Positions 63,748 through 64,000 of a stretch of DNA of 64,000 nucleotides are shown here, piece after piece. Numbering within the stretch: the stretch's first letter is position 1; every line of letters starts with the position of its first letter. Origin of the DNA: Sphaerodactylus townsendi (Eukaryota). The notes under the pieces are model-generated. The model was not told where the DNA came from and did no database searches. It was given only the letters and a program-made list of their open reading frames with translations. The stretch spans positions 155,372,001 through 155,436,000 of the forward strand of contig NC_059425.1 of the NCBI RefSeq assembly GCF_021028975.2. The letters run 5' to 3'. A program made the translations under genes and the position numbers.

Positions 63748-63835
63748 GTGCATCTACTGCGAAATGCTGGAGATGAAGTTACCATCACCGTTCAGTACCT
63801 CAGGGAAGCTCCATCATTTCTAAAGCTCCCATTGG
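63748..63835 (+). CDS. SNTG2: Gamma-2 syntrophin internal exon (88 nt): VHLLRNAGDEVTITVQYLREAPSFLKLPL+G
   Basis: Acceptor ctgacag|GTG, donor TTGG|gtaagg. End of the PDZ domain. Also visible in ORF 63748..63951. VHLLRNAGDEVTITV is SNTG2-type. Confidence 0.95.
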
Positions 63836-64000
63836 GTAAGGCAAAATTAATGGATCTTGGTACAATGTTTTCCTCTGCAATATTTCTCTTAACAGACAGG
63901 CACTTGCACGCAAATACTATTTCACTCATTGTTCTAGTTCGAGACAGATGATATACTTTAATTCTAAATTGTTATTTGTTTAAGCATACCTTGTTTTCGT

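Overview
This is eukaryotic genomic DNA, almost certainly from a squamate reptile and probably a gecko, inferred from Sauria, 5S-Sauria and Squam3-type SINEs. The whole window lies inside one + strand gene, gamma-2 syntrophin (SNTG2). Five small GT-AG exons (12139-12195, 12281-12338, 36084-36127, 36228-36269, 63748-63835) splice in frame into the syntrophin PDZ domain: HRTVKLHRQPVGGLGLSIK/GGAEHKVPVVISKIFKDQA/ADQSGMLFIGDAVMQ/VNGINVESATHEEV/VHLLRNAGDEVTITVQYLREAPSFLKLPL. The other >99% is intron, densely filled with transposable elements: L2 and CR1 LINE fragments, a DIRS relic, a Gypsy relic split by a solo LTR, Penelope-like pieces, several SINE families, and many hAT, Tc1/mariner and PIF/Harbinger-type MITEs with readable TIRs and TSDs. 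Nearly all ORFs in the supplied track are spurious or TE-derived. I see no clear new protein-coding system. The best leads are RNA-level or structural: hammerhead-ribozyme cores in short Penelope-type fold-back insertions, an intact antisense solo LTR with promoter and polyA motifs, inverted MITE pairs bracketing two micro-exons, a triple-nested MITE, and an unexplained 32-bp exact direct repeat. TE family names come from recognised motifs, not database searches. Coordinates of degraded elements are approximate.
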